From a virus: DNA of 64,000 nt. Position 1 is the stretch's first letter, and every line of letters begins with the position of its first letter. The stretch lies in the IMG/VR virus record IMGVR_UViG_3300008261_000005. One strand, written 5' to 3'. A model generated the notes under the pieces. It saw only the letters and a program-made list of their open reading frames with translations, had not been told where the DNA came from and ran no database searches. Of the stretch, positions 8,139 through 18,135 are shown in pieces. A program made the position numbers and the translations under genes.

Positions 8139-9549
8139 TAAAGATCTCCTTCATTTCTGGGAAAGTTTCTGCAAAGCTAATGCCACGCTGTGCATCACAT
8201 AAATCTAAAAATTCTTTCATTTCTGGAAGTCTAATGGTCCAATCTTCGCTTTCCATAAATTTTAACATACCGTCTAATCGACTAATACCATAACTAGCAT
8301 TGCGCCATTGCTCGTAAGTCACTTTACCCTTGTGCCATTCTGGTACACCTTTTTCCCAATTAGCTTCCCACCATGGATAAAATTCTTCGTACTTCTTGCG
8401 GCATTCTTCTTTAAACCATTTAGGCAAAACTTTTACATTCAAGTGAGGTGGATGATAAACAAAATGATAATTTACTCCACCAGCGCCAAATGGCCACATA
8501 TTAATTTTCTTAAAACCTTGTTCTAATTTCCATTTAATAAAATCAGGTATGTAGTAGATATTTAGAGCTTGGACTGCACACGCAACCGTAACTTCTGTAT
8601 TGCTTGGTGTTTGTGTATCTAAAATATGAAATACTTCAGCAGTCCTTGACCACTTGCTAGGATAACGAATGTAATCATTCATTTCCTCAATACTGTCTAC
8701 ACTATAATGAAAACGCACAAGTTTAAATTGTTTCCACAAATCAAACAAGTCATCTCTCCATTCTACACCGTTACTGTTATAACGCAATTCTAAATTTTTT
8801 GCATGTCCTTGACGAATACACTCTTCCAAAATTTCATAGTGTTCTTCAATAATTAAACTCTCCCCGCCTGCAAAATACAACTGTTGCATATTAGGAATTT
8901 GTTCATAAAACTGCTGCCAGAATATAGGATTATTTTTATGCCAGTTATAACTGCTACCATTTGTACTACCTTTATTTGACCACAACGTAGTTTGTTTTAA
9001 TGTTGAATTTTTAATCTTTGGATGTATTGCTTGCCAATCTTTAATCCATCCACTACTATCATGAGGACTGCACATTACACATGCTAACTGACATTTTGTT
9101 CCAAATCGCAAATCAATATAATTGAGTTTAGGAGGAACAGAACCATCTTCAGCAGTGTCGGCTACCAGTTGATTTAAATCTGTACGTTCCATCCAATATG
9201 CAGTTTCCCACATACGTTTGCTATTATGTCCAGCTGCTTCTTCTTTGTAACATTTAATACAACTAGGAGGTTGTTCGCCGTTAAGCATTTGCTTACGGAC
9301 ATTGCGCATATAGGTGCTGTTCCAACTTGATTGAAAATCGCTAACATTTAGATTAGCAGGTTTGCCTTCTTCTGTTTTTAGAATTCCAACCATACCCCCA
9401 TGTTGTTTGTCGTTGGTTGGACCAACACTACTTGCATTGGCCGTACAGCATACTCGCATACTTCCATCTGGACGTGTACTTAAATGCACCCACGGCAAAA
9501 TGCAAAAAGTTTCTGATGGAAGTTTAGTTGTTGGCTTAGGTGTTGTCAT
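8131..9549 (-). CDS. Radical SAM protein with N-terminal SPASM/twitch-like domain (paralogue of 5986..7284)
   Basis: FCILPW...RVCC...SCIKC; DLRFGTKCQLACVMC; YFAGGE; YNSN. Confidence 0.9.
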   Translation of the reverse strand: MTTPKPTTKLPSETFCILPWVHLSTRPDGSMRVCCTANASSVGPTNDKQHGGMVGILKTEEGKPANLNVSDFQSSWNSTYMRNVRKQMLNGEQPPSCIKCYKEEAAGHNSKRMWETAYWMERTDLNQLVADTAEDGSVPPKLNYIDLRFGTKCQLACVMCSPHDSSGWIKDWQAIHPKIKNSTLKQTTLWSNKGSTNGSSYNWHKNNPIFWQQFYEQIPNMQQLYFAGGESLIIEEHYEILEECIRQGHAKNLELRYNSNGVEWRDDLFDLWKQFKLVRFHYSVDSIEEMNDYIRYPSKWSRTAEVFHILDTQTPSNTEVTVACAVQALNIYYIPDFIKWKLEQGFKKINMWPFGAGGVNYHFVYHPPHLNVKVLPKWFKEECRKKYEEFYPWWEANWEKGVPEWHKGKVTYEQWRNASYGISRLDGMLKFMESEDWTIRLPEMKEFLDLCDAQRGISFAETFPEMKEIFNV

Positions 9550-10666
9550 TTATAAATTTAATCTCGTTTTGATATGCTTTGTTATTGCCGCATGTTCTTA
9601 TACATTTTTCAATATGCATTTTATGTGAAGGATCCCAACTTGCTTCAAGTAGACTAGAAAACCACTCATGCGCCAGTATATCATCAATACTGTTATTAAC
9701 TAGGCTATTCCATCCTGGTTTGAAGTCTTTAGTTAGTTTTAAAAAGTCATCTCTATGAGTATGGGCCAATTGCCATAGGAAACAACACGGCCACATGGTC
9801 AAGTCTGATGCTATAAAAATTTCACCTTCATGTACTAATTTACAAACTATAGAATCTAAAATTCTTTTTTTCGTTGATTCATCATTTACTACATTTCCAG
9901 TAGACTTTCCTATTATTGGAACAAATCCTGTAGATGTAGAATATGTATTAATAAACTGTTGTAATTCCTTAACTTGTTCTATTTTACTATGAGCTTTATC
10001 ACTTGCTGTTGTAATAACAAAATCTTCTTTTATTGTTTTTTTAGTTGTTGAGTCTTTTTTAGGCAACTTAGCAACCCAGTCATTAATAGTGTTGCGAATA
10101 CCTGTTCTAGTAGCAAATTTAAAACCTAATCTACTAGCAGCCTGTCGTGCAATTTCTAATTCGTGTTCGTTATGATCAAACACAATAAACATCCAAGTAG
10201 CTGATGCAAATCCTTTTCCGCCCATAGCATATGCAGTCATATTTCGTTCAATAACATCAAAAACGGTATTGACTCGATAGATATGATTGGTTTCTTTGTG
10301 CCCGTCAACTGCAAATACTACATTAATTAGTTTAGTTTTAGAACTAATTTCCCCTAGTTCTTTCCACCATGCTACTGTTTGATAACCACCGTTAGTACTT
10401 ATTTGACAATAGCCGTTATGATCTGTTAGATATTTTACCATATCTAACATTTCAGGATGTACAACTGGATCTCCTAAAACTCCACAAAATTTAAATTGCT
10501 TCTTGGATATTTCTTTACTAGTTGGAAATAATCGTTTAATATCATTCAATGAAAAAGATTGAATTGTTAGTAGTTCAGGCATTCGTGTGCGTGTACAACC
10601 TGGACAGGCAGCATTACAATCGCTTGTAATTTCTAACTCGATCTTTTTGATATTATCAATGTTCAT
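9536..10666 (-). CDS. Radical SAM protein
   Basis: LEITSDCNAACPGC, GVLGDP, STNGG, FAVDG; C-terminal PCC...C..TC. Confidence 0.9.
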   Translation of the reverse strand: MNIDNIKKIELEITSDCNAACPGCTRTRMPELLTIQSFSLNDIKRLFPTSKEISKKQFKFCGVLGDPVVHPEMLDMVKYLTDHNGYCQISTNGGYQTVAWWKELGEISSKTKLINVVFAVDGHKETNHIYRVNTVFDVIERNMTAYAMGGKGFASATWMFIVFDHNEHELEIARQAASRLGFKFATRTGIRNTINDWVAKLPKKDSTTKKTIKEDFVITTASDKAHSKIEQVKELQQFINTYSTSTGFVPIIGKSTGNVVNDESTKKRILDSIVCKLVHEGEIFIASDLTMWPCCFLWQLAHTHRDDFLKLTKDFKPGWNSLVNNSIDDILAHEWFSSLLEASWDPSHKMHIEKCIRTCGNNKAYQNEIKFINDNT

Positions 10667-11826
10667 TTAAACTGTTCCGCAAAGGCATCATATTTACCAC
10701 AGGTCTTAGCACATACAGATAATTTTCCTTCCGCACAACTGGGCTTGTTCCAGCTATCTGGTATAATCTTTTGAAAATATAGACCGTCTACAATATTCTC
10801 TAGAGTATTGATTTTAGCATTAATACTGTCTTTTCCAACTTGATTTATTGCGTCCCAGATTTGTGTTCCTTCAGAACTATGATACCAAACATACATTTGA
10901 CCCGCTGTCCAGCAACAAGGTTGAATAATTCCTTCTGCGCTCACATACACACTTTTTTCTTCAGAAACTTTACAGGTTATGTTTGAAGAATCTAAACTTA
11001 ATTCCATTTTAGACTTTTTAGCAGGATCTAAATTAAAACGCTGTGGAGTTTGGATTGCTGTTGCTTCAATTTGTTTAGAAGGAATATACTTAACAGTTTC
11101 CTGTTTGCCTAAAACATCACTTAGTTTATCCAACACCCCATTTCTGTATTTAGGATTAGTCGGTGCTTGTAATAAAGTTGTTGCACCTTTACGATTGGCT
11201 GCTTGATGCACTTCTTTTGTAACCCCGCTAGTATTACTAAAGAATCTAGCAGACTTTTTAAACTGGAATTTTTCAAAGCCCATTACACGACTTAGTTCTT
11301 CAGCAGTTTCAACTTGATGTTCATTGTGTGCAAAAACAATATAATCCCATCTTGCTCTGCCACCAGCATCAATAAATGCTTGTGCATTTTCTACTATCTT
11401 AGACCATACTGTATTTTGTCTGTATAAATGATTTGTGTCTTCTAATCCATCAATACTGAATACAACGTATGCGTTCTTACCTAACACCCTTGCTAAGTTT
11501 GCCCACCACTCAGGCTTTTTAGCACTGCCGTTTGTATACATTGTAAGATTCATTTTAGGATTGTGTTCTCTAAAATATGCAAACACTTCTAATGTATCTT
11601 TGGCCGCAACTGGATCCCCAAAATTACCGCACATATACATTCTATCTAACTGTGAAATAAATTCAGGTTTAAAAATAGTCTTGCAGTCATCCAAACTTAA
11701 TTCATTGTCTTTGAGATGTGGATTATCTTCACCGCCATTAATATTCCTTGCACACATAGGGCAAGCGGCATTACATGCTTCTGTAATTTCTAAATGAACT
11801 GTTTTTAAATCTGAATATCTATACAT
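10663..11826 (-). CDS. Radical SAM protein (paralogue of 9536..10666)
   Basis: LEITEACNAACPMC, GNFGDP, YTNGS, FSIDG; C-terminal PCC...C..TCG. Confidence 0.9.
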   Translation of the reverse strand: MYRYSDLKTVHLEITEACNAACPMCARNINGGEDNPHLKDNELSLDDCKTIFKPEFISQLDRMYMCGNFGDPVAAKDTLEVFAYFREHNPKMNLTMYTNGSAKKPEWWANLARVLGKNAYVVFSIDGLEDTNHLYRQNTVWSKIVENAQAFIDAGGRARWDYIVFAHNEHQVETAEELSRVMGFEKFQFKKSARFFSNTSGVTKEVHQAANRKGATTLLQAPTNPKYRNGVLDKLSDVLGKQETVKYIPSKQIEATAIQTPQRFNLDPAKKSKMELSLDSSNITCKVSEEKSVYVSAEGIIQPCCWTAGQMYVWYHSSEGTQIWDAINQVGKDSINAKINTLENIVDGLYFQKIIPDSWNKPSCAEGKLSVCAKTCGKYDAFAEQFK

Positions 11827-12053
11827 TAAATGTCCATTAATAATCTTATATCTTTTCCAGGACCTACTTTACTAGGCATATCACCGTGTTGTTGGACATA
11901 CCATTGTATTACGGCTTTGTACCAATTTTGACTATTATGATGTGCTTCTTTATTAAACTTATGAATATTGTTACTTGTTGCTTCAAACGTAGATAAGGCT
12001 CTTGCTGCCTCTACTTGTAACGTTCTCAAATCCAATTCATCTAAGTCTATCAT
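11826..12053 (-). CDS. Small hypothetical protein in the modification operon
   Basis: 75-aa ORF overlapping both neighbours in the operon. Confidence 0.7.
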   Translation of the reverse strand: MIDLDELDLRTLQVEAARALSTFEATSNNIHKFNKEAHHNSQNWYKAVIQWYVQQHGDMPSKVGPGKDIRLLMDI

Positions 12054-12901
12054 GGTCTTCCAATAAGCATATAACGCTTATACCCTGTTAATTGTAACAC
12101 ACCTTCATACAAAAGTCTAGTCATTGGAAACTTTTTCTTCATTTCTCCCATGCTGTGTATTGAATTGATATGATCTTCAACTTCATGTAAGTTATTACTT
12201 TGAATGACAAATAATGGATCCGTTTCTAAAGGTCGATTAACAAACTTATGATACCAATCTTCGTGAAAATGTTCTGCGCTAGTATTCACAATTAAATCAG
12301 GCGTAGTTTTTTCGTTAATTTCTTGACCAGTAGTATAATTTTTTATTTTATACTGACAACCTGTTCGATATAGCCAGCTCATATCTGTTAAGTCTAATTC
12401 TACAGACTTAACTTGATAGTTATTAATAAAATCTATATTAAAGATCTTATCACTAATTTCACATGCATTAGGATCAATATCAACAATTCTCATCTTATCA
12501 TAAGAGATGTTGGCTATATCAAAAAACTTACGTAATTGTCCGTACCAGCCAGCTAATAAAAATACAACTTTGAAATCTTTTTGTATTTTTGCCAACTCCG
12601 TAACTAACCAAATTTTACTTTGTACTTGGCCCCTACTAAATGCGTCTTGTAATGCAACTGGGTTATGCCCTTCTCTATAATACTTGTGGAATGTATCTAA
12701 AATTTCATTAGGAGCATATTTACGCAATGTATTAATAAACTCAACTATCCCAGCACCGTCATTAAATTTTATAATAGGATTGTCTGCATAAATCATATGC
12801 ATTAGAAAATCTACATATTTTTTTGACTCTTGATCATTGGCAAACGCAAAATAGTCTTCCAATCCATGTAGCCAACTAATATTATCAGTATTATTTTCCA
12901 T
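12050..12901 (-). CDS. Class I SAM-dependent methyltransferase-like protein
   Basis: Gly motif VFLLAGWYG, acidic strand end IVDIDP, and DLIVNTSAEH, consistent with a Rossmann MTase fold. Confidence 0.6.
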   Translation of the reverse strand: MENNTDNISWLHGLEDYFAFANDQESKKYVDFLMHMIYADNPIIKFNDGAGIVEFINTLRKYAPNEILDTFHKYYREGHNPVALQDAFSRGQVQSKIWLVTELAKIQKDFKVVFLLAGWYGQLRKFFDIANISYDKMRIVDIDPNACEISDKIFNIDFINNYQVKSVELDLTDMSWLYRTGCQYKIKNYTTGQEINEKTTPDLIVNTSAEHFHEDWYHKFVNRPLETDPLFVIQSNNLHEVEDHINSIHSMGEMKKKFPMTRLLYEGVLQLTGYKRYMLIGRP

Positions 12902-13580
12902 TACATTCCTTATTAAATTGTTCAGCTAGCCAATCAAAGTCATTGATTAATTTTAATGCTGTCATGTCGCCTTTATTTGCAATACCGTATCTGGTTCCTG
13001 CCTTTGCGCCAGCTAATGCATATTTTCCATATGGTTTGTCTGCGCCCACTGTACACCACGCCTGTAATCTAACATCAGTTTCTTCTGATTTTTGTCTATC
13101 AATTACTTTACTAGATAATTTAACGCATTCTCTAAACGCACTTTTCCAAGTATTAAACTCATCAGTGTTAAAAGCAGTCACATTACTAATTACAGGCACT
13201 GCTTTAAAATGCTTACTAATACTAGTTGTCATATCTGGCTTGCTAGTATCCATATTAATTGTATCCAATCTAGGCAGAAGTTTTACTCCACCGTTCCCAT
13301 ATTCTAAATAGTTTACAGGGTTTAAACTTCTCCATACGTGTACAGTTTCTAGCCCACGAGATTCTAGTTTATAATCAAAATCAAAACTATCTAACACTTC
13401 TGCATCACCATCAACCACCCAAATCATTTTTGTAAAACATTTTTTAGCTGCAATGATATGAGCATTGTGTATCCCTTTAACTCCATGAACACGTTTTGTC
13501 ATAGGAAATCGATTTTTTAATTTTAGCCAGTTTGATTCTGCGTTTGGTTCGTTATAACTGATAAAGACGATATCAAACAT
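12891..13580 (-). CDS. GT-A-fold glycosyltransferase-like protein
   Basis: DIVFISYNEP start, KRVHGV.G...AH, DxD-type VDGD. Confidence 0.65.
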   Translation of the reverse strand: MFDIVFISYNEPNAESNWLKLKNRFPMTKRVHGVKGIHNAHIIAAKKCFTKMIWVVDGDAEVLDSFDFDYKLESRGLETVHVWRSLNPVNYLEYGNGGVKLLPRLDTINMDTSKPDMTTSISKHFKAVPVISNVTAFNTDEFNTWKSAFRECVKLSSKVIDRQKSEETDVRLQAWCTVGADKPYGKYALAGAKAGTRYGIANKGDMTALKLINDFDWLAEQFNKECNGK

Positions 13581-14494
13581 TACTTGCTCACTATAAATTT
13601 ATTGGGCATTCTAGGTGGATTAACATACATGGATTTAAATAGTTTACTTTGTTCGGCAGTAAACATATCTGCCATTTCTAATTCTAATTCGTGTACGAGA
13701 GTTTCTCCAATTCCCATAATTTCATAAGGTAACATTTTATCAGTTACTTTTCCATCATTGTTTTCCCAGTAATTGTTTAACCATTTAAAGTCACGTACAT
13801 TAACATAATCCCAATCTGTACAATTAGTCATGTAGCAACCTTGTCTAGCACCATATATTGCCCAAATGCCATTAGGCACATCTGCACCTATGTGCATCCA
13901 GACCATCAAACGTTGAAAATTCTTCCAGTGAACTTGCTTAACAATATTATCAGCTTTAGATCCCTCAAGCAATCCCATTTTGACACCTTCACGAAAGCCC
14001 GCACGCCAGGCTTGCTGTGGGCTTGCATTATTATGCACGTCACTCATGCATTGTTCCATTTGAATGTAATTAATATCCCAACAAAAATCCACTTGGGTCT
14101 TAGCATTATCACTTTCCGCAGCCTCGTGGGTCTTCATATCTAATACTAATTGCGTGGGCCAACACTTAATACCACCATTACCATATATCAATCCGTTAAT
14201 AACATTTTGTGCGCCCCAACTAATAACACTTTTATCAAGTTCAACGTCATCTTTAAATTCTATAACCTGTTCTAAAAATTCTGGACGTACAATATTGTCC
14301 CCGTCAATCACAATTAATCTTGGAGTACTACACAATCTAGCACAGGCCTTATGTGCTGCATCACTGCCCTCTACCCCGTGTACACGTTTAGCCCAAGGAA
14401 CTTTTTTTAACAAGTCTGCGTAATTTTTTTCAGCGTTAGGCTCATCATAACTTAGATATACGATATCACAGTCTATTACTTTTAATGTACTCAT
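13580..14494 (-). CDS. GT-A-fold glycosyltransferase-like protein (paralogue of 12891..13580)
   Basis: DIVYLSYDEP, KRVHGV.G...AH, IDGD, GNGG.K, W...FREGVK are all shared with the neighbour. Confidence 0.65.
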   Translation of the reverse strand: MSTLKVIDCDIVYLSYDEPNAEKNYADLLKKVPWAKRVHGVEGSDAAHKACARLCSTPRLIVIDGDNIVRPEFLEQVIEFKDDVELDKSVISWGAQNVINGLIYGNGGIKCWPTQLVLDMKTHEAAESDNAKTQVDFCWDINYIQMEQCMSDVHNNASPQQAWRAGFREGVKMGLLEGSKADNIVKQVHWKNFQRLMVWMHIGADVPNGIWAIYGARQGCYMTNCTDWDYVNVRDFKWLNNYWENNDGKVTDKMLPYEIMGIGETLVHELELEMADMFTAEQSKLFKSMYVNPPRMPNKFIVSK

Positions 14495-15078
14495 GCTACT
14501 AACAACCCATAAGATTTAAAATAACCAAAAGTTGAAATGGTAAAAGAATCAATATCTTCTTCTAAACTGGATTTAAAATGTAACTTATTTCCGTCTTTTA
14601 TATTGGAAACTTGTATGGTAATTGTTTTAAGCAAGTAATGGGGGTCTTTTACTGTAGTTAAATAAAAATCAAAAGTTGTAGATGGATTAATTTTAGATAT
14701 CATAACTTTAGCATCATCACTTAATAATATTTCCCAACGTTTTTGCTTTTTTTTATGAATGATTGTAAAATCTGTAATACCCTTATCAGTCACTCGAGGG
14801 ATTTCATAAATCAATGCACTGGATATTTTAATAGACTCGTCTTTAGTCTGTAATGCATTATCAAATTTAAAATAATCAATATTATATCGACAGTAATCTT
14901 TTTTTCCGCTTAAAAAATCATGCAATCTAGACTTTGGCACTTCTAAGTATCCACCAGTACTGGGTAAATTAGAAATGCCTGTAATAGTTCCAGCTTCGTC
15001 ATGCCAAACATACATTGTTTTAGGTATTTCTGACACTGCTTCTGCTTGTAAAATTTCTTGTAATGTAAGTGTATCCAT
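14491..15078 (-). CDS. Hypothetical protein in the modification operon
   Basis: 195-aa ORF coupled to its neighbours. Confidence 0.7.
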   Translation of the reverse strand: MDTLTLQEILQAEAVSEIPKTMYVWHDEAGTITGISNLPSTGGYLEVPKSRLHDFLSGKKDYCRYNIDYFKFDNALQTKDESIKISSALIYEIPRVTDKGITDFTIIHKKKQKRWEILLSDDAKVMISKINPSTTFDFYLTTVKDPHYLLKTITIQVSNIKDGNKLHFKSSLEEDIDSFTISTFGYFKSYGLLVA

Positions 15079-15079
15079 A

Positions 15080-15901
15080 TTAATATCTCAATGTGTTAAT
15101 AATGTTATTTGTCAAAAAGTCATCCTCAGTGTAATGAAATACACCAGTTTGTAAAAAATTACCAATTTTTAACTGTTTATCTTGATTAAAACTAATACCT
15201 ATTTGATTTATCCAAGACGAAGGGGGACTGTCCCACCCCTGAATTGCTGGCTTCATGTGTACAAACGATGGAGAAACTTTAGATGTCATTTCGTGTTCTG
15301 TTTCCATAAACACTAACGCAAGTGCCGCATTGACATCCATACTACAAAATCTTTGTTTTGTATTAGGTAAGAATTTATCGTAAAATTGTTCCCAATTTTT
15401 AGTAATAACTTCTAACCATTTATAAAATTCGTATCCTTGCACTGACTTCTTAAAATAATGAACTCCAGTATATACATTAGGTAGGTTATTTGCAGTAAAA
15501 GTTTTTCTGTAATAATCATCACTAATTTCTCTACCTTTATAATCTTTTACACACGAAGTAAGACATATTGATTTGTTTTTAAGAAATTCCCACCAATGAT
15601 CATTCGATGTTAATAACAGCATGTCAGTATCATATATCAAACTTTCTTTAAACGGTGTTATATGTGCAATTTTCCACCTGTTTTCAACTTTCCATGTTTT
15701 TTCTTTAGCATCATCACCCCACGGTATATCTAATATGTGGTCAAATGTGTGTCTGTAATCATCAGGCACTGTATCATTTGTAATTAAACAAGTCTGATTA
15801 TGCTGTTTATTATTCAATTTGATAGATAGTGCAAGAGCATAGGCTTGTGTTACATAGTTTACGTTTGAGTTTTGAGCTAGGAATACATGACCTTTAGACA
15901 T
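15080..15901 (-). CDS. GT8/nucleotide-diphospho-sugar transferase-like protein
   Basis: PFKESLIYDTDML (DxD), NVYTGVHYF, late FVHMK motif. Confidence 0.65.
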   Translation of the reverse strand: MSKGHVFLAQNSNVNYVTQAYALALSIKLNNKQHNQTCLITNDTVPDDYRHTFDHILDIPWGDDAKEKTWKVENRWKIAHITPFKESLIYDTDMLLLTSNDHWWEFLKNKSICLTSCVKDYKGREISDDYYRKTFTANNLPNVYTGVHYFKKSVQGYEFYKWLEVITKNWEQFYDKFLPNTKQRFCSMDVNAALALVFMETEHEMTSKVSPSFVHMKPAIQGWDSPPSSWINQIGISFNQDKQLKIGNFLQTGVFHYTEDDFLTNNIINTLRY

Positions 15902-16736
15902 TTCGTATAACCCTCAATAAGCTCTGTTTATTCATAACATGTACGTCTAAAGAATTGGTACTAATTGCAGTGTATTGATCTACTGTATTTTCTTTATTAA
16001 CTAGCAATGTCATTTTGTTATCAGTTGCGCTAATTAAAATGTCTCTGTCTAGGATATAGCTCAATTTATTAGCAATAGGCATGGCAAAATCACCACTAGT
16101 AAATCCGTTCATCATATGAATAGCAATGCTAAACGCAATATCATTGCGGTAACGTGTACTTGGTACTCTATACAATTTAGCATAGTATACCCAATTATCT
16201 TTAATGTGTTCAATTAAAGTGAAAAAATGTTCAGTTGTTGAATTTTTCCTAAAGAAAAATACAGTAGCCCAATAAAAAGGTATGCTAAACTGATTAATAT
16301 AATCAAACTCGCTGGTATTTCTCCACGATGCTAGATCATTATATTTGTTATATATTAAGAAATTATGATTTTGATCCCAGCAATATTCAAGAAATGATGA
16401 ATTAATTATAAAATCACTATCTATTACTAGTGTTTCATCATAAGGACTTAGGTAGAAACAATTTGCTCTGTTAGAATTTTTCCATACTAGGTTAGAATAA
16501 CTATCAGCGCCATCATAAAATTTTTTAACTTGCGTGGTTGTGTCAACAGATTCAATGATCTTATCAAATACATCTACATCGTTGGGGAAAGTCTTATATA
16601 GCCATTCAGAACTATCAGTTACTAGACTAACTGGTTTATTTAAAAAACGTTTTACCCGTTTGGCTGCATATATCGACAACTCCACATAGTCAACTTCAGA
16701 ATTATTAAAGGCAAATATTAATACACCTTGTGTCAT
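15894..16736 (-). CDS. GT8/nucleotide-diphospho-sugar transferase-like protein (paralogue of 15080..15901)
   Basis: SPYDETLVIDSDF (DxD), YWATVFFF, RND.AFS.A, HVMNK. Confidence 0.65.
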   Translation of the reverse strand: MTQGVLIFAFNNSEVDYVELSIYAAKRVKRFLNKPVSLVTDSSEWLYKTFPNDVDVFDKIIESVDTTTQVKKFYDGADSYSNLVWKNSNRANCFYLSPYDETLVIDSDFIINSSFLEYCWDQNHNFLIYNKYNDLASWRNTSEFDYINQFSIPFYWATVFFFRKNSTTEHFFTLIEHIKDNWVYYAKLYRVPSTRYRNDIAFSIAIHMMNGFTSGDFAMPIANKLSYILDRDILISATDNKMTLLVNKENTVDQYTAISTNSLDVHVMNKQSLLRVIRNV

Positions 16737-17080
16737 AAATCTAACAAACTCTCAACTGATCTACTATTTTTGATTTTTTGATATTGGGTTTGATAACTGT
16801 TTGTCGCAGATGCATACACTGACAATATGCTGTCTAAAAATTCTGTTAGTGAGGGGATGTCTACTGGAAGATTATTGTCATCAAGAATGACTGAATCAGT
16901 ATGCTCAAGATCAATTAAAGTTTTTACAAAATTAATTAATTCTCTAGTGACTTTGAATGTTGCGCCGTTAAAAAAATAAACGCAATTTTGTTGATATTCT
17001 TCGTAAATTACCTTTTTTTGATTGGCCAACGTTGTTACAAAATTGGCAATTTCAAAGGCTTTTAATAGCTTGTCGTCCAT
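16733..17080 (-). CDS. Hypothetical protein, first gene of the modification operon
   Basis: 115-aa ORF with strong CAGGAGG RBS. Confidence 0.8.
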   Translation of the reverse strand: MDDKLLKAFEIANFVTTLANQKKVIYEEYQQNCVYFFNGATFKVTRELINFVKTLIDLEHTDSVILDDNNLPVDIPSLTEFLDSILSVYASATNSYQTQYQKIKNSRSVESLLDL

Positions 17081-17099
17081 ACGGACCTCCTGAACAATA

Positions 17100-17128
17100 A
17101 TTATACTATCTTATAATTATCGTGTCAA
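17100..17128 (-). promoter_or_regulatory. Consensus sigma70-type promoter driving the glycosyltransferase/radical SAM operon
   Basis: On the - strand: TTGACA (17128-17123), 17 nt, TATAAT (17105-17100), then RBS CAGGAGG and ATG 17080. Confidence 0.85.
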
Positions 17129-17141
17129 GAGCTATAAGGGT

Positions 17142-18104
17142 TTATATTCCGGATTGAGTGAATGCGGGACTAGGAACTGTTACGTTTGCTGATGCGGCTC
17201 TTGCAATTTTTACAATACTAGTTAGTGTACCAGTAACTTGTTCATCAACTCCAGGCCCTGGTCTACGTCCAGGTCGTTGATCTCCGAGGTCTGCGTCATC
17301 AAACTCAATAGTAAACGTTAATACTGTAGCAGTATTGTTAGCTGCATTCTTTTTAACTAGAATTCTATATTCGTTTTCTAGGTAAACCCCAGGAGTTGTT
17401 GGTTTAACAAAAACATATTGATCTGAAGTTGTCAACTCATACCAACCAATTGATGTTTTTGGATATCCGCCCGCGGCTTCAGTACCAGTATACGTAGTTC
17501 CGTGGGCTGCAAATTTAATTGTCCCCATTGCTGTTAGCATTTGATCCCAACGACCACCTTTGTCATTAGTTCCGCCTGTATAGCCAGTAATAGTTGCCGA
17601 GAATTGAAATGATCCGCCAGCGTTAAAGAAATGTCTTGCAGCATCACCAGATGCAAAAGTTATTGTAACTGTATGAGTTAACTTGCCATTCCACGGACTG
17701 GTTCTTCTAGAAAGTGTTGGATCATATAAGTTAACTGGTGGCGCTTCTGTAAGTGCAACCGTAAGTCGATCTGTGCTACAAAGTGAAGCAAAATCTTTAT
17801 ATTGATTAGCAAATGTGTCATCAATTAAGTCAGTAGTTGTAGGCAAAGTTAAACTTACGCTTTCATTTAACCCCGTTTGATGCTGACGAATTTTAAGCAA
17901 ATCAGTTCTCAGTGTATTCCATTGACTAACAGTTACTTTAACATCTGCTGCAACTTGTGCGCTACCAACTGCTTGCCCGTAACCAGAATCAGAAAGACCA
18001 GCTCCAAGTAAGAACTCAGTTGTACTTTGAATGTTATTAAAGTCAGCAGCATAAATTATGTTTCCAGCTGCTTTTGGGAATATCCCTGGTGATCCGATTG
18101 GCAT
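17142..18104 (-). CDS. Virion structural protein (tail/fibre-associated)
   Basis: Thr/Gly/Ala-rich beta-type composition; last gene of the fibre block; has its own TATAAATA late promoter. Confidence 0.6.
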   Translation of the reverse strand: MPIGSPGIFPKAAGNIIYAADFNNIQSTTEFLLGAGLSDSGYGQAVGSAQVAADVKVTVSQWNTLRTDLLKIRQHQTGLNESVSLTLPTTTDLIDDTFANQYKDFASLCSTDRLTVALTEAPPVNLYDPTLSRRTSPWNGKLTHTVTITFASGDAARHFFNAGGSFQFSATITGYTGGTNDKGGRWDQMLTAMGTIKFAAHGTTYTGTEAAGGYPKTSIGWYELTTSDQYVFVKPTTPGVYLENEYRILVKKNAANNTATVLTFTIEFDDADLGDQRPGRRPGPGVDEQVTGTLTSIVKIARAASANVTVPSPAFTQSGI

Positions 18105-18127
18105 AAGTAAGTCTCTTTATTCTGTGA

Positions 18128-18135
18128 TATTTATA
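18128..18135 (-). promoter_or_regulatory. T4-type late promoter TATAAATA
   Basis: Exact TATAAATA on the - strand, 24 nt upstream of ATG 18104. Confidence 0.7.
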
